NCBI GenBank assembly: GCA_951406725.2
Contig: OX597831.1
Coordinates: forward strand, 744,001 to 808,000
Reading direction: 5' to 3'
Source: Octopus vulgaris
Lineage: Eukaryota
Length of the DNA: 64,000 nucleotides
The number at the start of each line of letters is the position of its first letter. The first letter of the stretch is position 1. The notes beneath the pieces are model-generated. The model saw only the letters and a program-made list of their open reading frames with translations. It was not told where the DNA came from and searched no databases. Below, piece after piece: positions 1 to 13,258 of the stretch. The position numbers were made by a program, and so were the translations under genes.

Positions 1-480
1 TTGCTCTTTGCCATAGCTCCATATTGCTTATGTGTTCATGCCATCTAATTTTAAGTATACTACGCAAGCATCTGTTGATGAATGATTGTATTTGCTTATT
101 TGACTTAACTGTTGTTCACCATGTCTCGGCCCAATACAATAACACCACTTTTACGTTAGTGTTAAAAATTCTTATTTTGTTCTTTATTGAAATTACACTT
201 GTGCTCCATACTTTCTTTAACAGGTGAAAAGTGGTCCTTGCCTTACTTATTCTCGTCTTAATACCTTCATTAGTGCTGCCTGAAAACGTTATCTTACTAC
301 CTAAATACGTAAACTCGGCTACATTCTCTAGTTCACCGGTTTCGACTTTAATACGTTCGCTGCTTTCTTCATTAATGCGCATAATTTTTGATTTGTCACG
401 GTTGACTTTCAGTCCTAGTTTGGCAGCTATTGCTTCTAATTTTGACGTTTTATTTTGCATTTGGCTATATGTTTGAGAAA
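1..480 (-). mobile_element. RTE-clade LINE reverse transcriptase C-terminal fragment
   Basis: GLKVNRDKSKIM...EFTYLGS...RISKARTTF..LKKVW...VLLYWAETW. Confidence 0.85.
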
Positions 481-540
481 TTAAACAAACTAGTAAACAA
501 AAACAACAATCCAAACACCCATGAAAATTGTTGATGATAT

Positions 541-546
541 TTTATT
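541..546 (-). promoter_or_regulatory. Candidate polyadenylation signal of the chitinase (another AATAAA overlaps the stop at 712-717)
   Basis: AATAAA on minus strand ~170 nt after stop codon. Confidence 0.4.
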
Positions 547-716
547 TCTTTAAGTCGTATGACAATAATGAGAAAATTATAGATGTTACAGAGTGTATAT
601 TTGTTGTCAATGTGTTGGGAATATTTGCTAGTTTCTCTAGTAACCACATATACAAACACCTCTATGTTGTCTCTACAGGAATTGTTTGTCCATTTTAGAA
701 TTATCCTCCAGTTTAT

Positions 717-732
717 TTAGGATCTTGTTTCA
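717..732 (-). CDS. Chitinase terminal coding exon ((S)ETRS*)
   Basis: Very strong acceptor ttttcttttttgtctttacttttcgcag; AG|T GAA ACA AGA TCC TAA in correct phase; AATAAA downstream. Confidence 0.75.
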
Positions 733-1840
733 CTGCGAAAAGTAAAGACAAAAAAGAAAAGAATATTTTAATGCAAGGGACAGGTGGAGCATTTGTAGTC
801 TCTCATGGTGTATCTTCTCATTTATGGTGCGAGCTTTACAGTTACACGGCTTAAGCTTTAAGATAAGTATATTACTGCTGGTGGGATAAATCAGGTGTAA
901 CAGGATGTGAAATTCCCGCACTGGATGGGTGCTGCTCGCATCCTTTACATCAAATATTAATTGAAGAATGAGTCAAGATTTTCCGTCAACTTCAACAGTA
1001 TAAATATTTATTCTTTGATTCGCAATATAAACATTTCCTTCTTCTGGGCGAATCAGCAACCTAGGAGCTTAGTGGCAGTAGTCTAGTGGCGTGAGTCAAT
1101 CCTTCCTGTTCAAGCATAGTGGGGATGCGCCACGAGGTAGCAGCTCAAGAGAGCTGCTGGAGACACGTCTGTATCGTTCAGCTGCTAGCATCAAAAGAGA
1201 GAGATACAAGAGAATTTCGCTGCTGCTAGTTTTCTGCGCATGCTCACGAGGGAACTTCCGGCAGGCCTTCCAGAAGATTCCAACCCTGCGCATGCGTGCT
1301 GGAGATTTCCAAGATGGCGTCACTACACAGGTAACAGTTAACAGTTGTGAAGATAAGTGTGAGCATGATTGTTATGTGATGGCCACAAGTGAAGGTAGCA
1401 ATAAATGATGACAAAGAAGGGAGAAACAAATGAAGTGGCAGCAGCAGCTCTGTTGTTTGTCTCTCTTACTTCTGGTCTGAGAGCAACAGTGGCAGTGGCT
1501 GTGGTGGTGGTTGTGGAGGTAGCGGCAGTGGTGGATGATGATGAGAAGGAGGAGGAGGAGGAGGAGAAAGAACAAGAGGTAAAATAAACGAAAGAGGAAA
1601 AAGAAGGGCAGGGGAATAGAGTATGTTGCAGGTTGTTTACTGCTTGGCTGACAGTAAAAAGAAGTGACTGACTTACCTCATCAATATTTTATTAATCTGT
1701 CTCAGCAGTGGATAATCACCATCACCACATAGATTATTGAAGTCGTCCATGTCTAATGTCCACACACTCACACCACCAAACCCCATCTTCTTCATCCATT
1801 CAGCCTAAAACAAAAAAAAAATGGACAACATAAAAGAAAA

Positions 1841-1879
<39 letters not shown>

Positions 1880-4343
1880 CACATCAGAGGCAACTCCAGG
1901 TCGTCATCATCATCGTTTAACATCCGCTTTCCATGCTAGCATGGATTGGACGATTTGACTGAGGGCTGGCGAACCAGATGGCTGCACCAGGCTCCAATCT
2001 GATCTGACAGAGTTTCTACAGCTGGATGCCCTTCCTAACGCCAACCACTCCGAGAGTGTAGTGGGTGCTTTTACATGCCACTGGCACAAGGGCCAGTCAG
2101 GTAGTGCTGGCAACAGCCATGCTCAAATGGTGTTTTTACATGTCACCTGCATAGAAGCCAGTTAACACTGGTAACGACCTTGCTCAAATGTTTTCTCACG
2201 TGCCACTGGCACAAGTCCCAGTAAGGCATTTTATTTCATTCCATTCATATATTAACCATTTCAGGGTTAAGTTATTTTTGGAGTATTTTCCCATTATGTA
2301 CCGTTTTGGGTATTTATACCCCAAAACCCCAAATATCTCATTAACTACTGGTCCGATTTACATGAAATTTGTTTTATTCCATTCATATTCACATTTCAGG
2401 GGCACTTTCCTTTCAAATTATTTTCTCTTTATGCGCCAGTTTGGCTGTGTAACATTGCTAGCAAGCAATGATCACAGGACTTATTCTTTGTCAACCCAGT
2501 ACTTATTCTATTGGTCTCTTTTGCCAAACTGCTAAGTTACAGGGGCATAAATACACCAACATTGGTTGTCAAGCAATGGTGGGGGACAAGCACATATACA
2601 AAGACACACAAACATAAATATATACACACACATATATATATAAATGATGGGCTGCTTTCAATTTCTGTCTACCAAATCCACTCAAAAGGCTTTGGTCAGC
2701 CTGAGGTTATAGTAGAAGACACTTGCCCAAGGTGCCATGCAGTGGGACTGAACCCAGAACCATGTGGTTGGGAAGCAAGCGTCTTACCACACAGTCACAC
2801 CTGCAACTTATTATATATATAATAATTTATCTAAAATATATATATATATATGATGTATTTTATATATATATATATATATATGTCCTCTTTCTTGTACCTC
2901 TCTCCCCCTCCCTCTCTCTTCTCTCTTTTTCTCTTTCCCTGGCCAGGTAACCGTGTACCTCCTCTATAGCATGATACCTATTTCTGCCTCTCTGTCTTTC
3001 TCTGTCACACTCTAATCTTTCATCATCCGACACAAGATCCACTTCTCCACAGCCCTCACCCCTCTCAAAATTCCATGCCTAGCAAGTTACTTAGTGACCC
3101 TACTGGTGCTGGTGCCATGTAAAAAACATTCAGTTCTCACTGTAAAGTTGTTGGAATTTGGAAGGGCATCCAACTGTAAAAATCATGCCAAAACTGACCT
3201 TGCCAATGCTAGTGCCACATAAAAACCACTAAGTCCACTTTGTACAGTGGTTGGTTTTATGGAGGGCATCCAACAGTAAAAACCCTGCCAAAACTGACAC
3301 AGTAGCCTGTGCTAGTCTTCTACCTGGCTGTCAATCATCCTACCCATGATGATAATGATTATGATGATATGTATGTATGTATCAACATCATCGTCATCGT
3401 CCTTTAATGTCCGCTTTTCATGCTGGCATGGGTTGGACTGTTTGACTGAGGACTGGTGAGCCAGAAGGCTGCACCAGGCTCCAATCTGACAAGTTTCTAC
3501 AGCTGGATGCTCTTCCTAATTGCCAACCACTGAGAGTTTAGTGGGTGCTTTTTATGTGCCACCGGCACAAGGACCAGTCGGGCAGTACTGGCATCGACCA
3601 AGCTTGAATGGTGCTTTTTACGTACCACCAGCACAGGAGCCAGTCAGGCGGCACTAGCAATGACCACACTTAAATGGTACTTTTTATGTGCCACTGGCAT
3701 GTATGTATTATATATATATATATATAATGCATATATATATAAATCAGAAATAGAAAAACAAAACAATAACAATAAATTGAACGATTATAAATTCAATTCA
3801 ATTTAAATATCTTATACAAACAAATGACACATCTCATAAATTACAGCTGTTTTCGCTTCATTAATAAAATGAAGTTTTTCAAGACTAATCAAATCCGTTT
3901 ACATATGTAATATGCCTTAGGTGTATTTTACACCTAGCTAAACTGTTATTTGAATTGATACATATATATATACATATATATAATATGTAAATATAATATA
4001 GTCCAACCCATGCTAGCATGGAGAACGGACGTTAAACGATGATGATGATGATGATGATGAATATATATAATACATATTATACATTATATATAATATTTAT
4101 AATATATATATATGTGTGAGGGCGGTGAGCTGGCAGAAACGTTAGCGCGCCGGGCGAAATGCTTAGCTGTATATCGTCTGTTGTTACGTTCTGAGTTCAA
4201 ATTCTGCCGAGGTTGACTTTGCCTTTCATCCTTTCGGGGTTGATAAATAAAGTACCAGTTTCGCACTGGGGTCGATGTAATCGACTTAATCCATTTGTCT
4301 GTCCTTGTTTGTCCCCTCTATGTTGTGGGCAGTAAAGAAATAA

Positions 4344-4377
<34 letters not shown>

Positions 4378-4388
4378 ATGCCAATATA

Positions 4389-4433
<45 letters not shown>

Positions 4434-7142
4434 TATCTACTTATATATACATTCCTTCACACATACATATGTATATGAATGTATGTATATATATATGTAT
4501 ATGTATATATATACACACACACATACACATGATGATAATAATTTCATTGGGGTATGTAACCCTGGTATTACCATATTAAACTGATCCATGGATATTGGCA
4601 ATCAGACAAAGCTATAAACTGGATATCATTTGCTCTACCAAAGAAATGCTTGAAAATCCACAAGAATCTGTTTTTTTATAATGACAGACAAGAAGAAGAG
4701 AGTGCACAAGTCATTTTACTATTTCAATCTACAACCTTGCAATATTATGTAATTGTTCATACAATTATGGATTACTTACCATTTGCTATTTGGGGTAATT
4801 TTGATTATACATGCTAAATAAGATTGTTCAGAATTATGTGTAAAATAACATGCTGAATGAACTGAAAGAACACTGAATATATGCAGTCTGAGTTGGGCAT
4901 ATCCATATGAAAATATTTATATTGGGTTTTCCGGAAAGTTCGTGCTGATTTATAGTAGCTTACTTTTCGACTTATTTTAGAACATGGTTGAGTCCATAAA
5001 ATAGGACTTGACTACACCTCCATTTAGAGCACAGTTTAAGCTATCTTTTTGTGGAAGAAGGTTTATGTTCCTATAACCCGTTTTAATTCTGTAACCCTTT
5101 AAAATGGAAGATAAGAAAGTTCATATTTGGCACTTGATGCTTTGGGAACCAGACAAAAATTGCTGCAGCTCGGCTGGGATGTGTTACCCCACCTTCCATA
5201 TTTACCAGATATTGCTCCTTCGGATTTCCACTTATTCAGGTCTCTGCAGAATAGTCTTAATGGTAAAAATTTCAATTCCTTGGATGATGTAAAAAGATAC
5301 CTTTGCCATGAAACCACCTCAATTCTGGGAAGAGGGTATTTTCAAGTTAAAGGAAAGATGGAGATGCATTGTGCAACAAAATGGTTCATATTTGGTTGAT
5401 TAAAGGTGTAATGGCAAGTATTTATTGACCTTTTTCTTTCCTTTAAAAATCAGCACAAACTGTCCGGACAACCCAATATAAAACAAATAAATCAGTGCCA
5501 AAAACTGGATTGGTCAAGGAAATTTCTTTTTGCTGAGACATGATAGTTAATTGCATTATCTTTTGGTTGTTAAGTCAGATACTAGCAACATAGAATTTTA
5601 TACTCATTTGTCTCATTAAAGAAGATATGAAGATTTTATGACCTTATAAGTAGAATTTCATTGAAAAGTTAGGTAGATGAATGTTTGGACATTAGGCTTA
5701 GATTAGTTGGTTGTCAAGTTTGATCTCTTCATTTCAATTTTGAGTTGTTTCTCTTGTCTTTGATTTAGTAAAGCCTTATTCAACAATATTTATCAATCTT
5801 TTGATGGACAGCTGTTGTGCTGGTGAGACCTACCGAGGCAGAAACACCTATTTACAGCTGTTCTCTTGGCTTCAGACAATCAGATGGTCTTTTCTTTACA
5901 ATGGCATAGTAAACACACACACTGGTTCTATTTCACTTCTTTATTATTTATTTGTCAATTGGTTGACTATAAAGTCAATAAACTAATCATTTAAAGACAC
6001 AAGTTTACATCAGTAATGTTGTAAATCAAATACAAAAATGAAATTATACTTGTGCCTGCTTTATTGAAAAGGCAAATATCAACAATTAATCCATATTTTT
6101 TGCATGAGGTCTTTTACAGTGTTCAAATTGAAATGTAGCCTTATTAATCTGCTAGCAATTTGATACCCTATCAACACACCCTGCATCCTCACTCCCCAGA
6201 CATGTTCAGAAAACAATTACCTTAAGTTTCATGCTCTTCTGGTCATCATAACCAATCCATTGGTCCCCATTCACAATGTAAGGTACTTTAGAATCATCCA
6301 TCCAGTAGTAAGTGGTTTTGTTTTTCAGGTGGCAATGCTAAAGATGAGAGAAAGAGATTGATTAAAGGAAGTGTCTATGGTGTACATATATGCATGTCTT
6401 ACATATTATATATATGTACACCCCCCGTACACATACAAACACACACATACGCATATATATGCATAAACATATATACACACATATATAAAGGAAAGGAGCA
6501 TTCCATGGGTTACAATGACGAGGGTCCCAGCTTATTCGACCAATGGAACAGCTTACTGGTGAAATTAAATACAAGTGGGTGAGTGCTCCACGGATATGTG
6601 TACCCTTACACACACACACACGCAAACGCACGCGCACACACATGTATGTATATATTTGATGTAAGGCGGCGAGCTGGCAGAGACGTTAGCACACTGGGCG
6701 AAGTGTTTCGCGGTATTTCGCCCGTCGCTACATTCTGAGTTCAAATTCCGCCGAGGTCGACTTTGCCTTTCATCCTTTCGGGGTCGATAAATTAAGTACC
6801 AGTTACGCACTGGGGCCGATGTAATCGACTTAATCCGTTTGTCTGTCCTTGTTTGTCCCCTCTATGTTTAGCCCCTTGTGGGCAGTAAAGAAACATATAT
6901 TTGATGATATATATTTGAAGTCACTGTCAACAAGATTCTTGAATGACAAATTTGTACTCTACAAAAGTATAAGGATAAACATTACTTTAATGTAAAAGTG
7001 TTCTTATTTTAACTGAACATAAAAACAAACAGTAATATATATATATGTGTGTGTGTGAGTATGTGTGTATATATATATAAATATACATATATATATACAT
7101 ACATATACATATATATATACATATACATACATATATATATAC

Positions 7143-7230
<88 letters not shown>

Positions 7231-7861
7231 TTAATATTCAATTGAATTAGGTACCCAGATTGAGGTATTGACCACACAGCTCCAAGTTAGGTGAACAGAA
7301 TGTATATCCTTGTTACTTACTTACACACTCTCTCTCTCTCTCTATATATATATATCATAATCATCATCATCATCGTTTATATATATATATATATATATTT
7401 GCTTATTGAACAACATAACGAGTAAACTTTTGAATTGTTTTGAATTATAAATTTACTTGTTTCAGTCATTTAACTGTAGTCATGCTGGGGCACCACCTTT
7501 ATTGAGCAAGTTTAGTACTTATTCTATAGGTCTCTTTTGCCGAACCGATAAGTTATGGGGATGTAAACACACCAGCATCAGTTGTCAAGTGATGTTGGGA
7601 AGACACTGTGACTATGTGCATGACATTATTATGATTTATTCTTGAATATTCCACAGGGAAATATATTTATTTATTTATTTATCAACAGATAGGCGTAGGA
7701 GTGGCTGTGTGGTAAGTAGCTTGCTTACGAACCACATGGTTCCGGGTTCAGTCCCACTGCATGGCACCTTGGGCAAGTGTCTACTACTATAGCCTTGGGC
7801 CGACCAAAGCCTTGTGAGTGGATTTGGTAGAGGGAAACTGAAAGAAGCCCGTCGTATATAT

Positions 7862-7895
<34 letters not shown>

Positions 7896-10800
7896 ATATG
7901 TTTGTGTGTCTGTGTTTGACCCCCCCAACATCGTTTGACAACCGATGCTGGTGTGTTTACGTCCCCGTAACTTAGCGGTTCGGCAAAAGAGACCGATAGA
8001 ATAAGTACTAGGCTTACAAAGAATAAGTCCTGGGGTCGATTTGCTCGACTAAAGGCGGTGCTCCAGCATGGCCACAGTTAAATGACTGAAACAAATAAAA
8101 GAGTAAAAGAGATATATAAACATGCAGACCTTCAACCTGTAATTTGTTTGATAAGTGCCAACACACGAAACTCTTGGACCTTGAGTCACTCTGTTGCTTC
8201 TACTAAATATTAATAAAAATATACATATCTTTTTTACTTGTTTCAGTCATGTGATTGTGGCCATGGTGGAGCACCGCCTTTAGTTGAGCAAATCGACCCC
8301 AGGGCTTATTCTTGTAAGCCTAGTACTTATTCTATTGGTCTCTTTTGCCGAACCACTAAGTTACGGGTACGTAAACACACCAGCATCGGTTGCCAAGCGA
8401 TGTTGGGGGGACAAACACTGACACACAAACACACACACATATATATACATATATATACGATGGGCTTCTTTCAGTTTCTGTCTATCAAATCCACTCACAA
8501 GGCTTTGGTTGGCCTGAGGCTATAGTAGAAGACACTTGCCCAAGGTGCCATGCTGTGGGATTGAACTCGGAACCATGTGTTTGGTAAGCAAGCTACTTAC
8601 CACACAGCCACTCCTACGCCTATTTTGAGTTCTATTTTTCCTGTCTGCACTAACATACCTGTATATATCTCTTATGATAAAAGGCAGATTTTCTTGCCTC
8701 CCACATAGTTTGTTTTTAATACAATTGTACAATATAGAAATTCTTCAATTGGAATTTACCTATGATATTTCGAAGTAGACTCGATTGGGTCATGGCATAT
8801 ACATTATTTTCAATTTCACCCCCAATTCAGCAAAAATTCGAGAAAACTCAATATTTTACGATTTGCCTCTCTCATTTCAAATGCTTTACTCCTGCTATTA
8901 CCACACTTTCTCCTACAGATCACACATTCTGCTACTTTCACTTTTATATTGTCAAATTTATTTCCAATGTTTTCAGATCTTTATAGCCCCATCTCAAGAT
9001 GAAGTTATGTTGGTGTGTATTGCTGCCTCTTTATATAAGGCAATGGCAATGTGATTGATATGGACAGTATTGCTGTACTGGAATCGATGGCATAAGCTGA
9101 CCCCTTCCCTGGCCTTATGCATTTATTAGAAACAATTATTATTATAACTATTAAAAGAAAACATCCTCCTCTTCATCATCATCATCATCATCACAATGAC
9201 CACCACTACCACCATCCTCATCAACATGTTGATCATCATCATGATTATAAGGGGCAACACATGGCAGAACCAGTAGAGCATCGGAAGAAATGTCTGTCAG
9301 AATTATAACATACTCTTTGCTGCTATGAGTTCAATTCTCACAAGTTCTTGGTGGAATTGACTTGGCTGTATTCCTCCCAAAGGTTAATAAAATACACACC
9401 AGTAATATACCAGTGACATATATCGAAGTAAATTTACCTCAAAGTAAGCAAGAAATCCACGTTGACCCAAATATTGTCCAGCTTCACAGGATCCTTTGCT
9501 TTCGGCTCCAGGAAATGAGTTCTTTGGGTCTGCTAGTTGAAAACCTCGTCCGTAGGTTGCTAAACCGAGATTGAGCTTAACCTTTGGTGCTCCCTTTGAA
9601 GCCCAGTACTGCATGGTCCAAACCTAGAAGTATGTGTGTATGTGTATATATGTTTGTGTGTGTGTATGTGTGTAAGAGAGAGAAAAAGAAATATAGAGAA
9701 TGACATTTAAATTATTAAACTTATAAAAAAGATATAATTATTTAATGAAAACAAAATGAATAAACATTAATTAACATGGCTTAATTGATAATCAGTTCTC
9801 TTGAGCACTGTCCCTTTCCTTCTCACACGCTAATCTCTCAAAAACCGCATTCTATCCTTCACTAATCTCTCAAAATATTTTACTTTACTTTCAGCTATTT
9901 GGTTAAAAAAAGTTCCAATTTTACCATTTCTTCAGCAAAACATAATATCCATTTCTTCAGTGTACAATGAATTAGCTTTCATTTAGCCATTTTACAGAAT
10001 GCTTAGATTTTCTTAATAGTTACACAGGAAATAGAAGAGTTTTCAACAAGTGAATCTGCTTTACACACACACACACACAGACACACATATCTTTTATCCA
10101 TTACCTTTTACTTGCTTCTGTCATTAGACTGTGGCCATGCTGGGGCACTGCCTTGAACAATTTTTTTTTTTTTAGTTGAACAAATCGACCCCAGTACTTA
10201 TTTTTTATGTTAAGCCTGGTAATTAGTCTATTAGTCTCTTTTGCTGAACTGCTGAGTTATGGGGACATAAACACACCAATACCAGTTGTTAAGTGGTGGT
10301 GGTGGGGAGACAAACACAGACACAAAGACACACACACACACACACACACAATATATACATATGCGAGGGTTATACCGAAAGTAATCCAAAAGTGGGCATA
10401 ACTTTTTTTATAAACTACTGTAGGCCTTTCAGCTTTCTTATGTTGGCAGAGTAATGCTTCCTCTATAGTAACTCTTCTTTCTATTCTTTTTCATTGCATG
10501 CAAATAATGAATCCCAAATAGAAACAATATGCTGTCATTGAGATCTTGATGAAGGAACGTGTAGGATATCTGACATTCACAAAAGGCCACCAGATTATTT
10601 ATGGACACGACAAAATATGAAAGAGCTTTTTTCTGTTTAGCAGGTGATATCTCCAGGTGAGCAGAAGAGTATATTGTAATGGTATGATATTGTATATTGT
10701 ATGATATTATATACTGAATAGAGTATATTGTATGCTGTAAAGGTATATTACCACATTCAGCTGTTTTTGGTAAGGAAATCGTTCGTAAGATGCTGGAAAC

Positions 10801-12764
10801 AAAGGAGCATTCATCCCTGTCACATTGTTCCATGGTCCATGGAAATCATATGCCATGACAGAAATGTAGTCCATCAGTCTGGAACAAACCATGGTAAAGA
10901 GAAAAAGGTTGTTATGGAATTTAAAAATGAAATAATAGAATTCTACACCGCCGTTGCCGCCGCCGCCACCACCAACAACAACAACAACAATGAAAACAAT
11001 AAAGAAGTTAAATAAAGCAAACTTTCAATTGATGATCTAGAAGCTGACCATGGCTATGAACAATTGGTGAAAGAAACTGAATAGACTTAGAAGAAGAAAC
11101 AGATCTGGATAGAAACACATGGTATCAGTTAACAAGAGTAATTATGTATGTGTATCTGAGTATGCTGAGGGGAACGATGATGATGATGATGATGATGAAT
11201 TCATCACCCTTTTCAAACCTAGCCAGGCTCATGGGCCTGGTTTCCTGGTTTCTGTGGCGTATGTGTTCCCCCCAGCTGGACGGGACGTCAGTCCATCGCA
11301 GCGTTACTCAAGAAACAGGAAGAGAGAGTGAGAGAAAGTTGTGGCGAAAGAGTACAACAGGGATCACCACCACCCCCTGCCAGAACCTCATAGAGCTTTT
11401 AGGTGTTTTCACTCAATAAACACACACAACGCCCAGTCTGGGAATCGAAACCGCAATCCTCCAACCGTGAGTCCGCTGCCCTAACCACTGGGCCATTGTG
11501 CCTCCACATAGTGTAATGTAATAGTGTAGACATAATTAGGTATCACTTTGTGCCTTTATATCTCTATGACTTATTTATGAATTATCATTATATCATTAGA
11601 GACATCTTTCTACAATAGTGTTGTTAACAGTTTGTCCTCACTTAGCAACCGTATTTTTTCCATACTTGCTAAGTGTTAGATAGCTACTCTGTTATATCGA
11701 TGCCAAACTGATTAGTAAGATCAGCTGTAATGGTTCTATAATACTTTATACTTTGATTAATTTATTAATAGTTTATCATCATCTATATATAGGCTTTCTA
11801 TATTTCTTTGTGATTGGGATGCTGTGAGCATGCACTCATGTGCATGTGCATGTGTGCATATGCATGTGTGCACATGTGTGTGAGTATGCGTGTGTATGTA
11901 TGTGTGTGTGTGTTTGCGTGTGTGCATGTGTGTAAAAGCCAGTTGTCATACAAAAGGCAATGTATCTCCACTTACTTGGCTAAGTTGGCCACATCATAAC
12001 CAGCATCAATCTTGTTCTTGCCTGCAGCCACTGCACAGGTCAGCAACAGAGGTTCTTTCTTAGTTCTTTTGGCTTCTTTGTCAAAACTCTGACGGAGTTC
12101 CTAAGAAGTTTAAGAGATTTATGTATCAAGCACCTACTAAAAATATTTCACCTTCAGTTAAATAACTCATTTTTACCCCATTTTTAGTCAGTGAAGAAAC
12201 CCCATGGTTAAGTGGTCAAGTGGTTAGGGTGTGGTATTCAGTGTCATAGGATCATGGTTTTGATTCCTTGACTGAGTATGCTTTCTGTTCTTGAGCAAAA
12301 CACTCCATTTCACATTGCTCTAGTTTACTCAAGTGTAAAACTGTAACCTTGCAATGGATAAGCATCCTGTTCAAAGAAAATCCTGTGGTTTCGGTCACTT
12401 ATATACCAAGGAAACTAACTAACCAGCCCTATGAAATTCAGGACTTAAGACAGTAATATCCATAGGTTGATGATGATAATGATGGAGGTAGTGTCCATTA
12501 CCCTTTAGAAGACCCTAAGGTGCCAGGTGGTGGTGTTAAACTGGGTGAGTGATTATGGCTGCCATCCAAGGAGACCATGTTAGGATTTGAACTCAGAATA
12601 CAAAAAGCAAGGGCAAATACTGCAAAGACATCCTGTTTGTTGTTCTTACAGTTTCTCTGACTTTGGGCGGATTTGAACTAAAAATGTAATGAATCCGAAT
12701 AAATAACACTTAAGATTCTATTCAATGCTCAAATAACTTGGACAAATGCATATATATACATGTG

Positions 12765-12821
<57 letters not shown>

Positions 12822-13226
12822 TACCTCTGCTGGTGACAAAGGGCCTCTTGCTCAGAGTAAAAGGTAGACTGTATGATGCAAGTGTACAAACAGCCATGCT
12901 ACATGGCAGTGAAATATGGGCCATGACTGCTGAGGACATGCGTAAGCTCGCAAGGAATGAAGCCAGTATGATCTGATGGATGTGTAATGTCAGTGTGCAT
13001 ACTCAACAGAGCGTAAGTACCTTGAGAGAAAAGTTGGACCTAGCATGGGAAACAGATGTTAAACGATGATGATGATGATGATAATGCATGTATATATGGG
13101 TATATATATATATAGAAAATAGTAAAAAGTGAAAAAACTACAGAAGGCTTGTTTTAAAAGGTTAAAAAATATATATTTGAGTCAATATGTCTGAAGAATG
13201 TTATAAATTTTTTTCATACATATGGG

Positions 13227-13258
<32 letters not shown>

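Noticed and set aside
1405-1587. Poly-acidic small protein ORF
   Set aside because: Trinucleotide low-complexity sequence inside a chitinase intron.
3838-3888. Hammerhead-like TTGAAAA..stem..GAAAACAGCTGTA on minus strand
   Set aside because: No stem I pairing and extra/mismatched core bases; at best a dead remnant.
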